In this document: in pieces, positions 8,832-17,300 of the stretch
Numbering within the stretch: position 1 is the stretch's first letter
Layout of the letters: every line of letters begins with the position of its first letter
Assembly (NCBI GenBank): GCA_044359815.1
Contig: JBIKLL010000049.1
Location: 1 to 20,383, forward strand
DNA length: 20,383 nt
From: Pseudobdellovibrionaceae bacterium
GTDB lineage: Bacteria; Bdellovibrionota; Bdellovibrionia; Bdellovibrionales; Bdellovibrionaceae
Reading direction: 5' to 3'
Made by a program: the position numbers and the translations under genes
The notes under the pieces: model-generated
The model's database searches: none
What the model saw: only the letters and a program-made list of their open reading frames with translations
Told to the model about the DNA's origin: nothing

Positions 8832-10073
8832 CTAGACCTTGGTCACGGTGCCTTTGAATTCTATTCCCATGTCTTTGGCCTCATAGGCAATTGCCAACAA
8901 ACCTAATCTGGCTGACCAACCATAAACGTTTTCTAATTGCGCCCCCTGCATTGCTGTTTGCAAATCAGAAACACAAAGCTTTTTATAAACTGCTCCGGGT
9001 GAATTTAAACTTTCGGTGGAGTCTTTTTCAGCGTGAGTTCTTAAAAACCCGCCGGCCAGTTCGCATCCCACCATATAAATCACAGGCTCTGCTGTAACAC
9101 CTTCAGCTTTAACGACCGAGGGAATGCCCTCTTGGATAATGACTTCTTCGACTGTTCGACCGCCTTTGGCTGCTTTCATTTTTTTGCGGGATTTATAATT
9201 CCAAGTCAAAACCTCTTGCCCGCTACCAACCCTAATCACTGCTAACCCATAGGTTCCAGAATTATTTTTTACAAACACAAAGGGTTTTGCATCGATATTT
9301 CGCTTTTGGTATTCGACCGATAGTTCTGCAATCATTGTGTCTACCTTTTCGGCCAACATTTTTACTGAGCTTTCATCGACAATCTGAAAATCCTCAAAAA
9401 CCTCAGTGCGCACATTCATCGTAAATGGATCAATCCCAGCCATATCGCAAAATTCGCTGCTGACTTTGTTGAACCATTTAAAATACCGGCTTTTTTTACG
9501 TTGATACCAACCTAACTCCCGCGGCGGATTGATTGGGATGGTCACCGTACTTGCCCATTCTGAATGCGCCTCTGAAAAATCATTGTTAGATATGATCAGA
9601 TCCGGATGAAACTCACCGATGCTGCAGGAAGTTTCAAAACCAGAATACACTGTTATTTCTTTACCCGTAGCTGATTGCACCTTGATGGGCTCGGCAATAT
9701 CCCTTGGGATTCCCACCATGACTGATCTGCCTGATTCTTCGATCAATTGTTTTATGGTTGCTACGTTTTCCCAATAAAAAGCATTGTTAGTGTGTTCTTC
9801 GGTGACTAACAAAATCTTTTTATTTTTAGATCCATAAGTACGATTTAAATACTGATCAAACAAACTGACTGAAGTTTCCTTGTCGGTTGGACAAATGTTG
9901 TTAAAACCAGCTGGAAAAATATTGGCATCCACATTTGAAATTTTAAATCCGGCATCCCTGATATCAAAACTGCAATAAATTGGAAAATCCAATTTCGCCA
10001 ATTGATCTTGATACCATTTGCCAAGCTTGTCGTTTTTGCCACAAAAATTTGAATGTAAAATATCACGTATCAA
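8832..10073 (-). CDS. gshA: Glutamate--cysteine ligase, GshA (PF08886-type) family
   Basis: Motifs PIYCSFDIRDAGFKISNVDANIFPAGFNN, EEHTNNAFYWENV, PFVFVKNNSGTYG, IIQEG, AEPVIY, GGFLR and SLNSPGA resemble the proteobacterial PF08886 GshA family as recalled. TTG start after SD GAGGTG. Confidence 0.85.
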   Translation of the reverse strand: MIRDILHSNFCGKNDKLGKWYQDQLAKLDFPIYCSFDIRDAGFKISNVDANIFPAGFNNICPTDKETSVSLFDQYLNRTYGSKNKKILLVTEEHTNNAFYWENVATIKQLIEESGRSVMVGIPRDIAEPIKVQSATGKEITVYSGFETSCSIGEFHPDLIISNNDFSEAHSEWASTVTIPINPPRELGWYQRKKSRYFKWFNKVSSEFCDMAGIDPFTMNVRTEVFEDFQIVDESSVKMLAEKVDTMIAELSVEYQKRNIDAKPFVFVKNNSGTYGLAVIRVGSGQEVLTWNYKSRKKMKAAKGGRTVEEVIIQEGIPSVVKAEGVTAEPVIYMVGCELAGGFLRTHAEKDSTESLNSPGAVYKKLCVSDLQTAMQGAQLENVYGWSARLGLLAIAYEAKDMGIEFKGTVTKV

Positions 10074-10093
10074 TGCACACCTCGGTAACTGAA

Positions 10094-11272
10094 TTAAAGA
10101 TTGGGATCAGTGACTTCCTGGGATTTTTCTGATTCCTGCTGATCCTTGCTGACTGACATTGGTTGATCTTTCATCACAGAGCTTGGTTGATCTTTGATCA
10201 CACCTTCACGTTTGAGCTGATGGAATCTTTGTGATTCCTTGGTCAGATTCATATAACTGCCCAGTTCGTTTAAAAACTTAAGCCCCTTTTTTTCGACATC
10301 GGAAACACCAGCAAATGCACGTTCCACTGATTTTGTCTGACCGCCATCGGGAGCTTCTGATTTATAATTTTTTAAAGCTTGTACTGAAGCCAGCATTTCG
10401 CCAGTTAAAATCTCTTGCAGGTCTTTGCGATTGCGTTCGGCTGCTTCGGGGTCCAGGGCTTTGCTTCTGGGGATTTTTAAAATCTGCTCCCAAAATTCTT
10501 GATAATTAGATACCAATCGCTCGGATGCCGATTTGGACCATGGCTGCTGTTCCAGCTCGGCTGATTTTAGCAAAAATTCCTGGGTAGTTTTGACGGCCTC
10601 GATGGATGCCTTCATATTTTCAATAGACAATTGGTTTAATGAAATACTGCCCATATCAAAATATATTTTACTGAGCATCAGTTTAGCATTTTTAGTTTTA
10701 TTCAGATTTTCAATCGTCAAAGCCCCGCGCTGAGCCTCGCCCAAATATTTTCTGGTTTCTTCAAACTGATTCAGTTTTGCATGACTGGCCGCCAATCTGG
10801 CGGGGATTTCAGCCACGGCCAGCTCGGTAGGTAAATAGGCTCTCAGTTTGTAGGCATCCTGCAATGAAGCCAATTGCTTGATGTTGTTTCCTAAAATTTC
10901 GTAGCAATAAGAGCTTTCAACCAAAGCCTGTCCAGCAATTTTGGGAAAGTCCTGGGCAGAAATTGCCAAGACTTCACGGGCCTCATTCAAACCATTTTCA
11001 CACTGACCCAGCTGCCTGTACGAGGCCGCTTTACCCAGCTTTGCCTGCAAAAAATAAATCGTAAATTGTTTTTTGGCCAAGTATTGCTCGTAGGCTTTTA
11101 ATGATTCTTCAAATTTTCCAGTCAATAGTAACTGATCCGCTTTTTCTATTTCAGCTTTATCAATTTCGCTCTCGGTGCGGTCAATTTTGATCACACCTGA
11201 ACTGCATGATATTAAAATCAGTGGCAGCAGTGTTGCTAAGAAATAATTTCTTGTTTTGCCAATAAATTCGAT
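10094..11272 (-). CDS. TPR-like all-helical putative lipoprotein (start uncertain: ATC 11272, ATT 11263, or GTG 11194 from the track)
   Basis: TPR-like helices (FEESLKAYEQYL...QAKLGKAASYRQLGQCENGL). The same frame continues upstream of GTG 11194 as IEFIGKTRNYFLATLLPLILIS-C-SSGV, a lipoprotein signal peptide with lipobox. The frame is closed by TGA at 11296-11294. Confidence 0.8.
   Translation of the reverse strand: MEFIGKTRNYFLATLLPLILISCSSGVIKIDRTESEIDKAEIEKADQLLLTGKFEESLKAYEQYLAKKQFTIYFLQAKLGKAASYRQLGQCENGLNEAREVLAISAQDFPKIAGQALVESSYCYEILGNNIKQLASLQDAYKLRAYLPTELAVAEIPARLAASHAKLNQFEETRKYLGEAQRGALTIENLNKTKNAKLMLSKIYFDMGSISLNQLSIENMKASIEAVKTTQEFLLKSAELEQQPWSKSASERLVSNYQEFWEQILKIPRSKALDPEAAERNRKDLQEILTGEMLASVQALKNYKSEAPDGGQTKSVERAFAGVSDVEKKGLKFLNELGSYMNLTKESQRFHQLKREGVIKDQPSSVMKDQPMSVSKDQQESEKSQEVTDPNL
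10136..10195 (-). repeat. Three imperfect 24-bp tandem units in the lipoprotein C-terminal tail (KDQPSSVM KDQPMSVS KDQQ)
   Basis: ttggttgatcttt at 10159-10171 and 10183-10195, with a degenerate copy ctgctgatcctt at 10136-10147. Period is 24 bp. Confidence 0.7.
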
Positions 11273-12330
11273 AAAATCCTCACGCCGTTCAGATCAGAAA
11301 TTTCAATGTTTAACTCTGGTATATAATTTACCTTAACAGCTCCGTCATCAAGGTTTTTGTTTTGCTGAAAGAACCTCTGATAAAGAGACAATTTGTCATT
11401 ATGGTATTTTACGATCTGCAGTAGCTTTTCTTCGGTAGGATTTTGGGCTTTGATTCGGTCAAAATCACCTGCATGAAGCCATTCAGGAAAAGCCCTATTA
11501 ACAATGATCGAGCTTAAATGATATCCACCCTGTTTCAGATGATTTATAAAAAAATCAGCTTCCATCAGCTTGGCCCTGTCAAACCCAGTCACCAACACAA
11601 AATGTGTTTCAGGATCAATCAATAAATTATGCACAGATTTAGTGCGCGCTTCCAATGACCCCTGCCATTCCTGTATGCTTTCAAAAAAATCCCTTAGGTT
11701 CTGAATAAACTCATTGCCAGTCAGTAGTTCTAAAATTTTCAATACTTTCTTGGTACTAAACTGAACAATGTTTCTGAAAAACCCTGTGCCTTTTTCAGGA
11801 GCTCGAAGCCATTTTGAAATGGCTTCTTGAAACAGGGTCGAAATTTTTTGTGGAGCAATTAAAAAATCCATGGCGTGTTTAGTGGGTGGAGTGTCCAACA
11901 CAATCACATCGTATTCTTGCGAATCATAGGCTGAATACAGCTTTTCCATAGCGGTGAACTCTTGCGAACCGCTTAATCCCCCGGAAAGCTGTTGGTACAG
12001 TTTATTTTTCAAAAGCCTTGCAACAGTTTCGGATTTTTTGCTGGCCCTTGTGACAAATTCATCAAAGGTTTTCTTAGGATCAATGATTTCGGCAAAAAAC
12101 GCGGCCTTTAAGTTGGGATCTTTAATTTCTGTTCTGCTCTGGGTGATATTCAGTGTGGTTTTTAGTCTTTGCGCAGGATCAATCGTCAGCACCAATGTTT
12201 TGTGTCCCAAGCAGGCCGAATGATATCCCAATGAAGCGGCTACAGAGGTTTTGCCAACACCACCACTGCCAACGCAAATATATACTTTAGTTTTGTTAGT
12301 TGCAGATTTGCTCACATCTGATTGATTCAT
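11236..12330 (-). CDS. ArsA/Get3-family ATPase, subunit B-like (single nucleotide-binding domain)
   Basis: Deviant Walker A GSGGVGKTS, switch I TIDPA, LSGSQEFTAMEKL, switch II VLDTPPT, and IIVNR. Confidence 0.88.
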   Translation of the reverse strand: MNQSDVSKSATNKTKVYICVGSGGVGKTSVAASLGYHSACLGHKTLVLTIDPAQRLKTTLNITQSRTEIKDPNLKAAFFAEIIDPKKTFDEFVTRASKKSETVARLLKNKLYQQLSGGLSGSQEFTAMEKLYSAYDSQEYDVIVLDTPPTKHAMDFLIAPQKISTLFQEAISKWLRAPEKGTGFFRNIVQFSTKKVLKILELLTGNEFIQNLRDFFESIQEWQGSLEARTKSVHNLLIDPETHFVLVTGFDRAKLMEADFFINHLKQGGYHLSSIIVNRAFPEWLHAGDFDRIKAQNPTEEKLLQIVKYHNDKLSLYQRFFQQNKNLDDGAVKVNYIPELNIEISDLNGVRILSNLLAKQEIIS

Positions 12331-13181
12331 AAATGCCGACTCAGTTCTGGAATAATCTCATTGGGATTTTGGCTCAGCACCATGGGCAAAACTGTAAAAG
12401 GCACCTCGCTGTCTGTCAGTTTTTGCGTGGCCAACATTTCGGTCTGAATATTTTTAGCCACAGAATCCAACACCGGTTTGAACTGTGGTTGGACACTGGC
12501 CTGTTGATCAACACCAAAACCACGCATGGATTTGTTAATCATAAAATGAGATTTAATCCCTGTGATTTCCTGAATCTGCTGATTGAGCTCCAGGGATTCT
12601 GTGATGGGAAGCTCCTCACAGGTTGAGACTATAAAATATTTGGTTTTTGCTGGATCTTTTAAGATTGAAACTATCCCTCGGCACTGTTCACCCATGGGAC
12701 CAAAACTGATTGTTTGAGCCATTCCAATCGGCGCTTTCAGCAATGCCACAAAATGACCAGAGGCAAATCCATCAATGACGATCACATCAAATTCCAGCGG
12801 AGGACCAACCTTGCGTGGTCCACTGGTTATTTTTCCCAAAATGGCGACTTCTGCCAAGGTCGGAGCCACGTCTATCAATGCCTTTGATACTGGGTTTTGC
12901 ATAAACAGCTTTTGAATCTTTTCTACTTTGACCAGGTGTAAAGTATACTCTGACAGACAACTCCACCCACTCCATAGGGATATAAACAAATTATCAGCGT
13001 ATTTTCTGGGTCTGTGTTCAACGTCACTAAGTTCTAAATAATCTTTGAAAAAACTGATTGTCCCTAGCTCGACCAATAGGGTTTTTTTACCCTGGCCGGC
13101 TAATTTTTTTGCCAGAGCTAAGGCCACCACTGACTTTCCCACTCCGCCTTTACCTGTCACGAATATATATTCAGTTTTCAT
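12327..13181 (-). CDS. ArsA/Get3-family ATPase, subunit A-like (degenerate switch I)
   Basis: Walker A GKGGVGKS, LLVELG in place of DPA, APTLAEVAILGKI, switch II IDGFASGH, EELPITES and INK. ATGA overlap with the next ATPase at 12327-12330. Confidence 0.85.
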   Translation of the reverse strand: MKTEYIFVTGKGGVGKSVVALALAKKLAGQGKKTLLVELGTISFFKDYLELSDVEHRPRKYADNLFISLWSGWSCLSEYTLHLVKVEKIQKLFMQNPVSKALIDVAPTLAEVAILGKITSGPRKVGPPLEFDVIVIDGFASGHFVALLKAPIGMAQTISFGPMGEQCRGIVSILKDPAKTKYFIVSTCEELPITESLELNQQIQEITGIKSHFMINKSMRGFGVDQQASVQPQFKPVLDSVAKNIQTEMLATQKLTDSEVPFTVLPMVLSQNPNEIIPELSRHL

Positions 13182-13240
13182 GAAGTTTTTTTAGTCTGTC
13201 AGTAAGGCCAACCCTAGGCATTTCGCCCAGTGTTATTTAT

Positions 13241-13269
13241 TTGCAATTAGTTATGTTTTTACTTACTAT
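13241..13269 (+). promoter_or_regulatory. Sigma70-type promoter for tig
   Basis: TTGCAA (13241-13246), 17 nt, TACTAT (13264-13269), ending 36 bp upstream of the tig ATG. SD AAGGA precedes the start. Confidence 0.6.
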
Positions 13270-13305
13270 GCCGCGTCTTAACACCCATCACTCTAAGGAA
13301 GTTTT

Positions 13306-14631
13306 ATGAAGTCAAATCTTGAAAAGACCGGTTCTTTGCAACGCAAACTAAATGTCCAAGTTCCTGCTGAAGTCGTTAACGAAACTCTGACCAAATTATT
13401 AAAAACTGTGCAGACCAAGGCAGAAATCAAAGGCTTTCGCAAAGGCAAAGCGCCCATCACCACTATCAAATCAATTTATGGTGACCGAGTAAAGCAAGAC
13501 GCCATTCAAGAAATCGTACAAAATAATTATCTGGTAGCTCTTAAAGAACACAAGGTTATGCCCCTGGGTTATCCTGAATTTGAATTTAATGGCTTGAGCG
13601 AAGGCCAAGAATTTCAGTTTTCTGCACATTTTGATGTAAAACCAGAAATCGAACTGAAAAAATACACAGGCCTGGAAGTTCAAACTGAAAAATTAAACGT
13701 GACTGACGAGAGCGTGAACAAGATTTTAGAAAATATCCGCAATTCAAATGCAAAGACTGTGGATTTGTTGATTCAAAGACCCGTGCAAAAGGGTGATACA
13801 GCAATCATTGATTTTGCTGGTTTTATTGACGGCAAACCTTTGGATAAAGGTAACGGTACGGATTTTCCTTTGGAAATCGGCGCTAATCAATTTATCCCAG
13901 GCTTTGAAGACGGCATTATCGGAATGAACGCTTCTGATGTTAAAACTTTGGATCTGCAATTTCCTGATGACTACGGCTCTGAGGATCTGAAAGGCAAAAA
14001 AGTAGCTTTCAACGTAACACTGAAGGCGATCAAAAAACGTGAGTTACCAGAACTGAACGATGCCTTTGTTGCCGAATTAATGAAGGGCGCAAATCCTGGC
14101 GAACCAACAACCTTGGAATCACTTAAACAAACAATCCGCAAAGACCTTGAAGACAGCGAAGGTAAAAGAATCCAAAACGATCTAAAAAATCGTTTGTTGA
14201 AAGTTTTAGTGCAAAACAATCCCGTTGATGTTCCACCCAGTATGCAAAAGGAACAGGTCGGTATGTTGGTTGAAGACACTAAAAATCGCATGATGGGTCA
14301 GGGCTTGAGCGAAGGTGAATTTGAACAATACAAAACCAAATGGGCCAGCGATTTTGAAACTGTAGCTGCCGAAATGATTCAGGCTGGATTTTTGATTGAT
14401 CAAATCGCTCTTAAACACAATTTGCATTGGACCGAAGAAGATTTTAACAACAAAATGAAAGAATACGCTGTGCAAACTGGTATCGCAGAAGAGCGCGTTC
14501 GTGAATACTACGGAACCGAAGAGCAAAAATCCAAACTGACTTACATGATGACCGAAGAAAAGGTGATCAAGTACTTGATGGAAAACAACAAGGTCACCGA
14601 AGTTTCTGCTGATAAGCTGAAAGCCAACTAG
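13306..14631 (+). CDS. tig: Trigger factor
   Basis: Ribosome-binding signature GFRKGKAP, FKBP-type PPIase domain (IDFAGFIDGK...FIPGFEDGIIG) and C-terminal chaperone domain; 441 aa. Confidence 0.97.
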   Translation: MKSNLEKTGSLQRKLNVQVPAEVVNETLTKLLKTVQTKAEIKGFRKGKAPITTIKSIYGDRVKQDAIQEIVQNNYLVALKEHKVMPLGYPEFEFNGLSEGQEFQFSAHFDVKPEIELKKYTGLEVQTEKLNVTDESVNKILENIRNSNAKTVDLLIQRPVQKGDTAIIDFAGFIDGKPLDKGNGTDFPLEIGANQFIPGFEDGIIGMNASDVKTLDLQFPDDYGSEDLKGKKVAFNVTLKAIKKRELPELNDAFVAELMKGANPGEPTTLESLKQTIRKDLEDSEGKRIQNDLKNRLLKVLVQNNPVDVPPSMQKEQVGMLVEDTKNRMMGQGLSEGEFEQYKTKWASDFETVAAEMIQAGFLIDQIALKHNLHWTEEDFNNKMKEYAVQTGIAEERVREYYGTEEQKSKLTYMMTEEKVIKYLMENNKVTEVSADKLKAN

Positions 14632-14654
14632 CTAGTCCCTTGTCTGCAGTTAAT

Positions 14655-14689
14655 TTCAAAACTTGAGGATATAAACTTCAAGTTTTGAA
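14655..14689. terminator. Stem-loop between convergent tig and MFS genes (probable bidirectional terminator)
   Basis: Perfect 12-bp arms ttcaaaacttga (14655-14666) / tcaagttttgaa (14678-14689), extendable by G-U and G-C pairs to a 7-nt loop. There is no long U-tract outside the stem. Confidence 0.6.
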
Positions 14690-14690
14690 T

Positions 14691-15896
14691 CTATTTAGCT
14701 GATCGCTTGCCAATCAATACAGCTATAAACCAAAAAACGCCTGCCAAAAATGCTGCAGGCAAAGTAACCATCATCCCTTTATTTAACGATCCTGTTGCGT
14801 CTGAAATTTGACCAATCAATGGTGATGAAATTGCATCGCCCAACAAATGACAGGCCAATATCGACAGTGCCATAGCTGTGGTTTTAAATCTGGATGGAAC
14901 CGCGTGCATGATGGCCACATTGATCGGACTGGTTGACAGAAAAAACAAAAATTCGCAGACAAACAGCAACACCATAAACTGAGTGAAATCATAACTTTTA
15001 AAACAAGCATACATAAATGGCAGAGCTAAAATCGATGAAATTGCTGAAATCTTCAGATGTCCTGAACCAGATTTTTTGGACAGCATATCGCCCAAATATC
15101 CGCCCAGCAAAGTTCCTGAAATCCCGCTAAACACGGCGATCCCACCAAAATAGGCATTGGCTTGCATTTCGGACAATAAAAAATATCTTTGAATGTATGT
15201 TGGTATCCAGTGCGCAATACCACCCAATGTGAAAGTGTAGGCGCAGTAGCCTAAAACGGTGAATATAAACAGACCGTTTTTTAAAAACACCGGGGCCAAG
15301 TCTTTGAACTTAAAATGATGAATTGGTTCTGATCTGGGAGCGTCCTTTAAATGATAAACCAAATAGGCCATCAGAATACCTGGCACACCAACAATAAAAA
15401 ATGCCATCCTCCAACCCAAGGTTTGACTGAACACTCCGCCTAAAACATATCCCAGGGCCGCACCGACGGGTAAGGCTGCAGAAAAAATAGCCAGCGCTCG
15501 ACCACGGCGTTCTGCGGGAAATAAATCCGAGATATAGGGGATTGAAATTGTGGTGAATGCGGATTCACCAACACCTAAACAAAATCTGGAAAACATTATC
15601 AGATGAAAGCTTTTTACAAGGCCTGTGACAGCGGTTGCAAAACTCCACAGGGCCACACCCGCTGCCATAACTAAATGTCTGGGCTTGGTATCACCGATGT
15701 AACCAAACAACGGAGCACAGAAAATATATGGCAACATAAACGCCGTCGCCAATAATCCGGCCTGATAATCGCTCAGATTTAAATCAACTTTGATTGATGA
15801 CAACACCGCCGCCAAAATATATCTGTCGATGTAATTCAGGTAATTGATTACAGTCAGAATGATTAAAGCATTTCTGGAAAAATTTTTCTGTGTCAC
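14691..15896 (-). CDS. MFS transporter, Spinster (Spns)-like
   Basis: About 12 hydrophobic segments. TM1 INYLNYIDRY, GYIGD motif-A region, RFCLGVGES, ISDLFPAERRGRAL, GWRMAFF, and C-terminal HLLGDAISSPLIGQISD typical of Spns. GTG start. Confidence 0.85.
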   Translation of the reverse strand: MTQKNFSRNALIILTVINYLNYIDRYILAAVLSSIKVDLNLSDYQAGLLATAFMLPYIFCAPLFGYIGDTKPRHLVMAAGVALWSFATAVTGLVKSFHLIMFSRFCLGVGESAFTTISIPYISDLFPAERRGRALAIFSAALPVGAALGYVLGGVFSQTLGWRMAFFIVGVPGILMAYLVYHLKDAPRSEPIHHFKFKDLAPVFLKNGLFIFTVLGYCAYTFTLGGIAHWIPTYIQRYFLLSEMQANAYFGGIAVFSGISGTLLGGYLGDMLSKKSGSGHLKISAISSILALPFMYACFKSYDFTQFMVLLFVCEFLFFLSTSPINVAIMHAVPSRFKTTAMALSILACHLLGDAISSPLIGQISDATGSLNKGMMVTLPAAFLAGVFWFIAVLIGKRSAK

Positions 15897-15911
15897 CTGC
15901 CCATAAGGGTT

Positions 15912-17300
15912 CTACAACGAAGGTTTTTCGTCAAGACCCTTCATGAGCTTCCAAGCTTTTATATAATTGTAGGCTTGGTAAATCTGATAATCCGTGGCCA
16001 GCAGTTTTTCGCGAGGACTTTTGTTTGTGTCCTTTTGCTGATTGTTGTTGGCCCACCACGCATTCAGCATGGTGTTGGATTTTTCTTGATCTTTTTTAAG
16101 GTCTTCTTTTTCTTTTTCGCCCAACAAATGGCCCGAGATGTCTTTTTCGCGATTGCCCTTTTGTTTTAAGATGGATTTATTGTAAGCATCTTGATCCACA
16201 TCGTCGACTTCGATGTCAGGATGGATGCCATCAGCCTGGATGGATTTACCTGACGGAGTAAAGTATCTGGCTATGGTCAATTTTAATCCTGATCCATCGC
16301 CTAGTTTCACAACTGATTGCACACTACCTTTACCAAAAGATTTTGTTCCCAAAATCACAGCGCGTTTGTTGTCTTGCAATGCCCCCGCAACAATTTCGCT
16401 AGCACTGGCTGAAAACTCATTCAGTAAAACAATAATTGGAAATTCTGTGTATTTTGCGTTCTTGGTAGCCATCACGACTTCTTTTTTAGCAGGATCACGG
16501 CCAATTGTGCTGACGATGGTTCCAGATTTTAAAAACAAATCACTGACCCTGATTGCCTGGTCTAATAATCCCCCTGGATTTCTGCGCAAATCCAAAATCA
16601 AACCTTTGAGTGGTGTTTTTTTCGCGTGATTTTGCAAAATAACTTCCAAATCCCTGCCGGTGTTTTCGATAAACGAAGTGATTTTAACATAGGCATAGCC
16701 TTGTTCCATATCAGTGTATTTAACAGATCTGACACGAACATTGCCTCTGACAATAGTTATGTCTTTGGGTTGGTCTTCGCCCTCGCGAACCACTGTTAAG
16801 ATAACTTTTGTTCCTCGCTTACCGCGCATCAATTGCGAAGCTTCCACCAAACTTAAATTTTTTGTAGTTTTACCATCAACAGCGATGACTTTATCACCGG
16901 CTTTAATACCGGCTACCCAAGCCGGCGCATCCTCGATCGGTGAAATAATGGTTAATATTCCGTTCTGCACAGAAATCTCGATCCCCAGTCCGCCAAATTC
17001 CCCACTGGTTTCAGTTTCGAAATCCTTGAAAATATCAGGTGGCAAAAAGTTTGTGTGCGGATCCAGTTCGCGCAGCATTCCGCGAATGGCTCCGTAAATC
17101 AGTTTTTTGGTATCAACAGGTTCAACGTAATACTGTTGAACGATGTTTAAAACTTTGGAAAAATTTTGAAGCTCCAGATATCTGTCCTCGGCCCATGATG
17201 TCGGTGCGCTGATCACGATGTATTTACCAACCAATATCCCCAATGAAAGCACCAGCATTATCGCCAGGCCTCGTTTAGACAGTAGTGATTTTAGATTCAT
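15912..17300 (-). CDS. ctpA: Carboxyl-terminal processing protease (S41A, CtpA) with PDZ domain
   Basis: LDPHTNF, PDZ GGLGIEI, LDLRRNPGG, catalytic SASASEI (Ser) and FGKGSVQ (Lys). Start moved to ATG 17300 (ATGA overlap with the envC stop, SD AAAGGAAG); 462 aa. Confidence 0.93.
   Translation of the reverse strand: MNLKSLLSKRGLAIMLVLSLGILVGKYIVISAPTSWAEDRYLELQNFSKVLNIVQQYYVEPVDTKKLIYGAIRGMLRELDPHTNFLPPDIFKDFETETSGEFGGLGIEISVQNGILTIISPIEDAPAWVAGIKAGDKVIAVDGKTTKNLSLVEASQLMRGKRGTKVILTVVREGEDQPKDITIVRGNVRVRSVKYTDMEQGYAYVKITSFIENTGRDLEVILQNHAKKTPLKGLILDLRRNPGGLLDQAIRVSDLFLKSGTIVSTIGRDPAKKEVVMATKNAKYTEFPIIVLLNEFSASASEIVAGALQDNKRAVILGTKSFGKGSVQSVVKLGDGSGLKLTIARYFTPSGKSIQADGIHPDIEVDDVDQDAYNKSILKQKGNREKDISGHLLGEKEKEDLKKDQEKSNTMLNAWWANNNQQKDTNKSPREKLLATDYQIYQAYNYIKAWKLMKGLDEKPSL

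Noticed and set aside
11236..13181. Arsenic-resistance (arsA) call
   Set aside because: No ars operon genes are nearby and the motif pattern fits the split Get3-like pair, so the arsA symbol was withheld.
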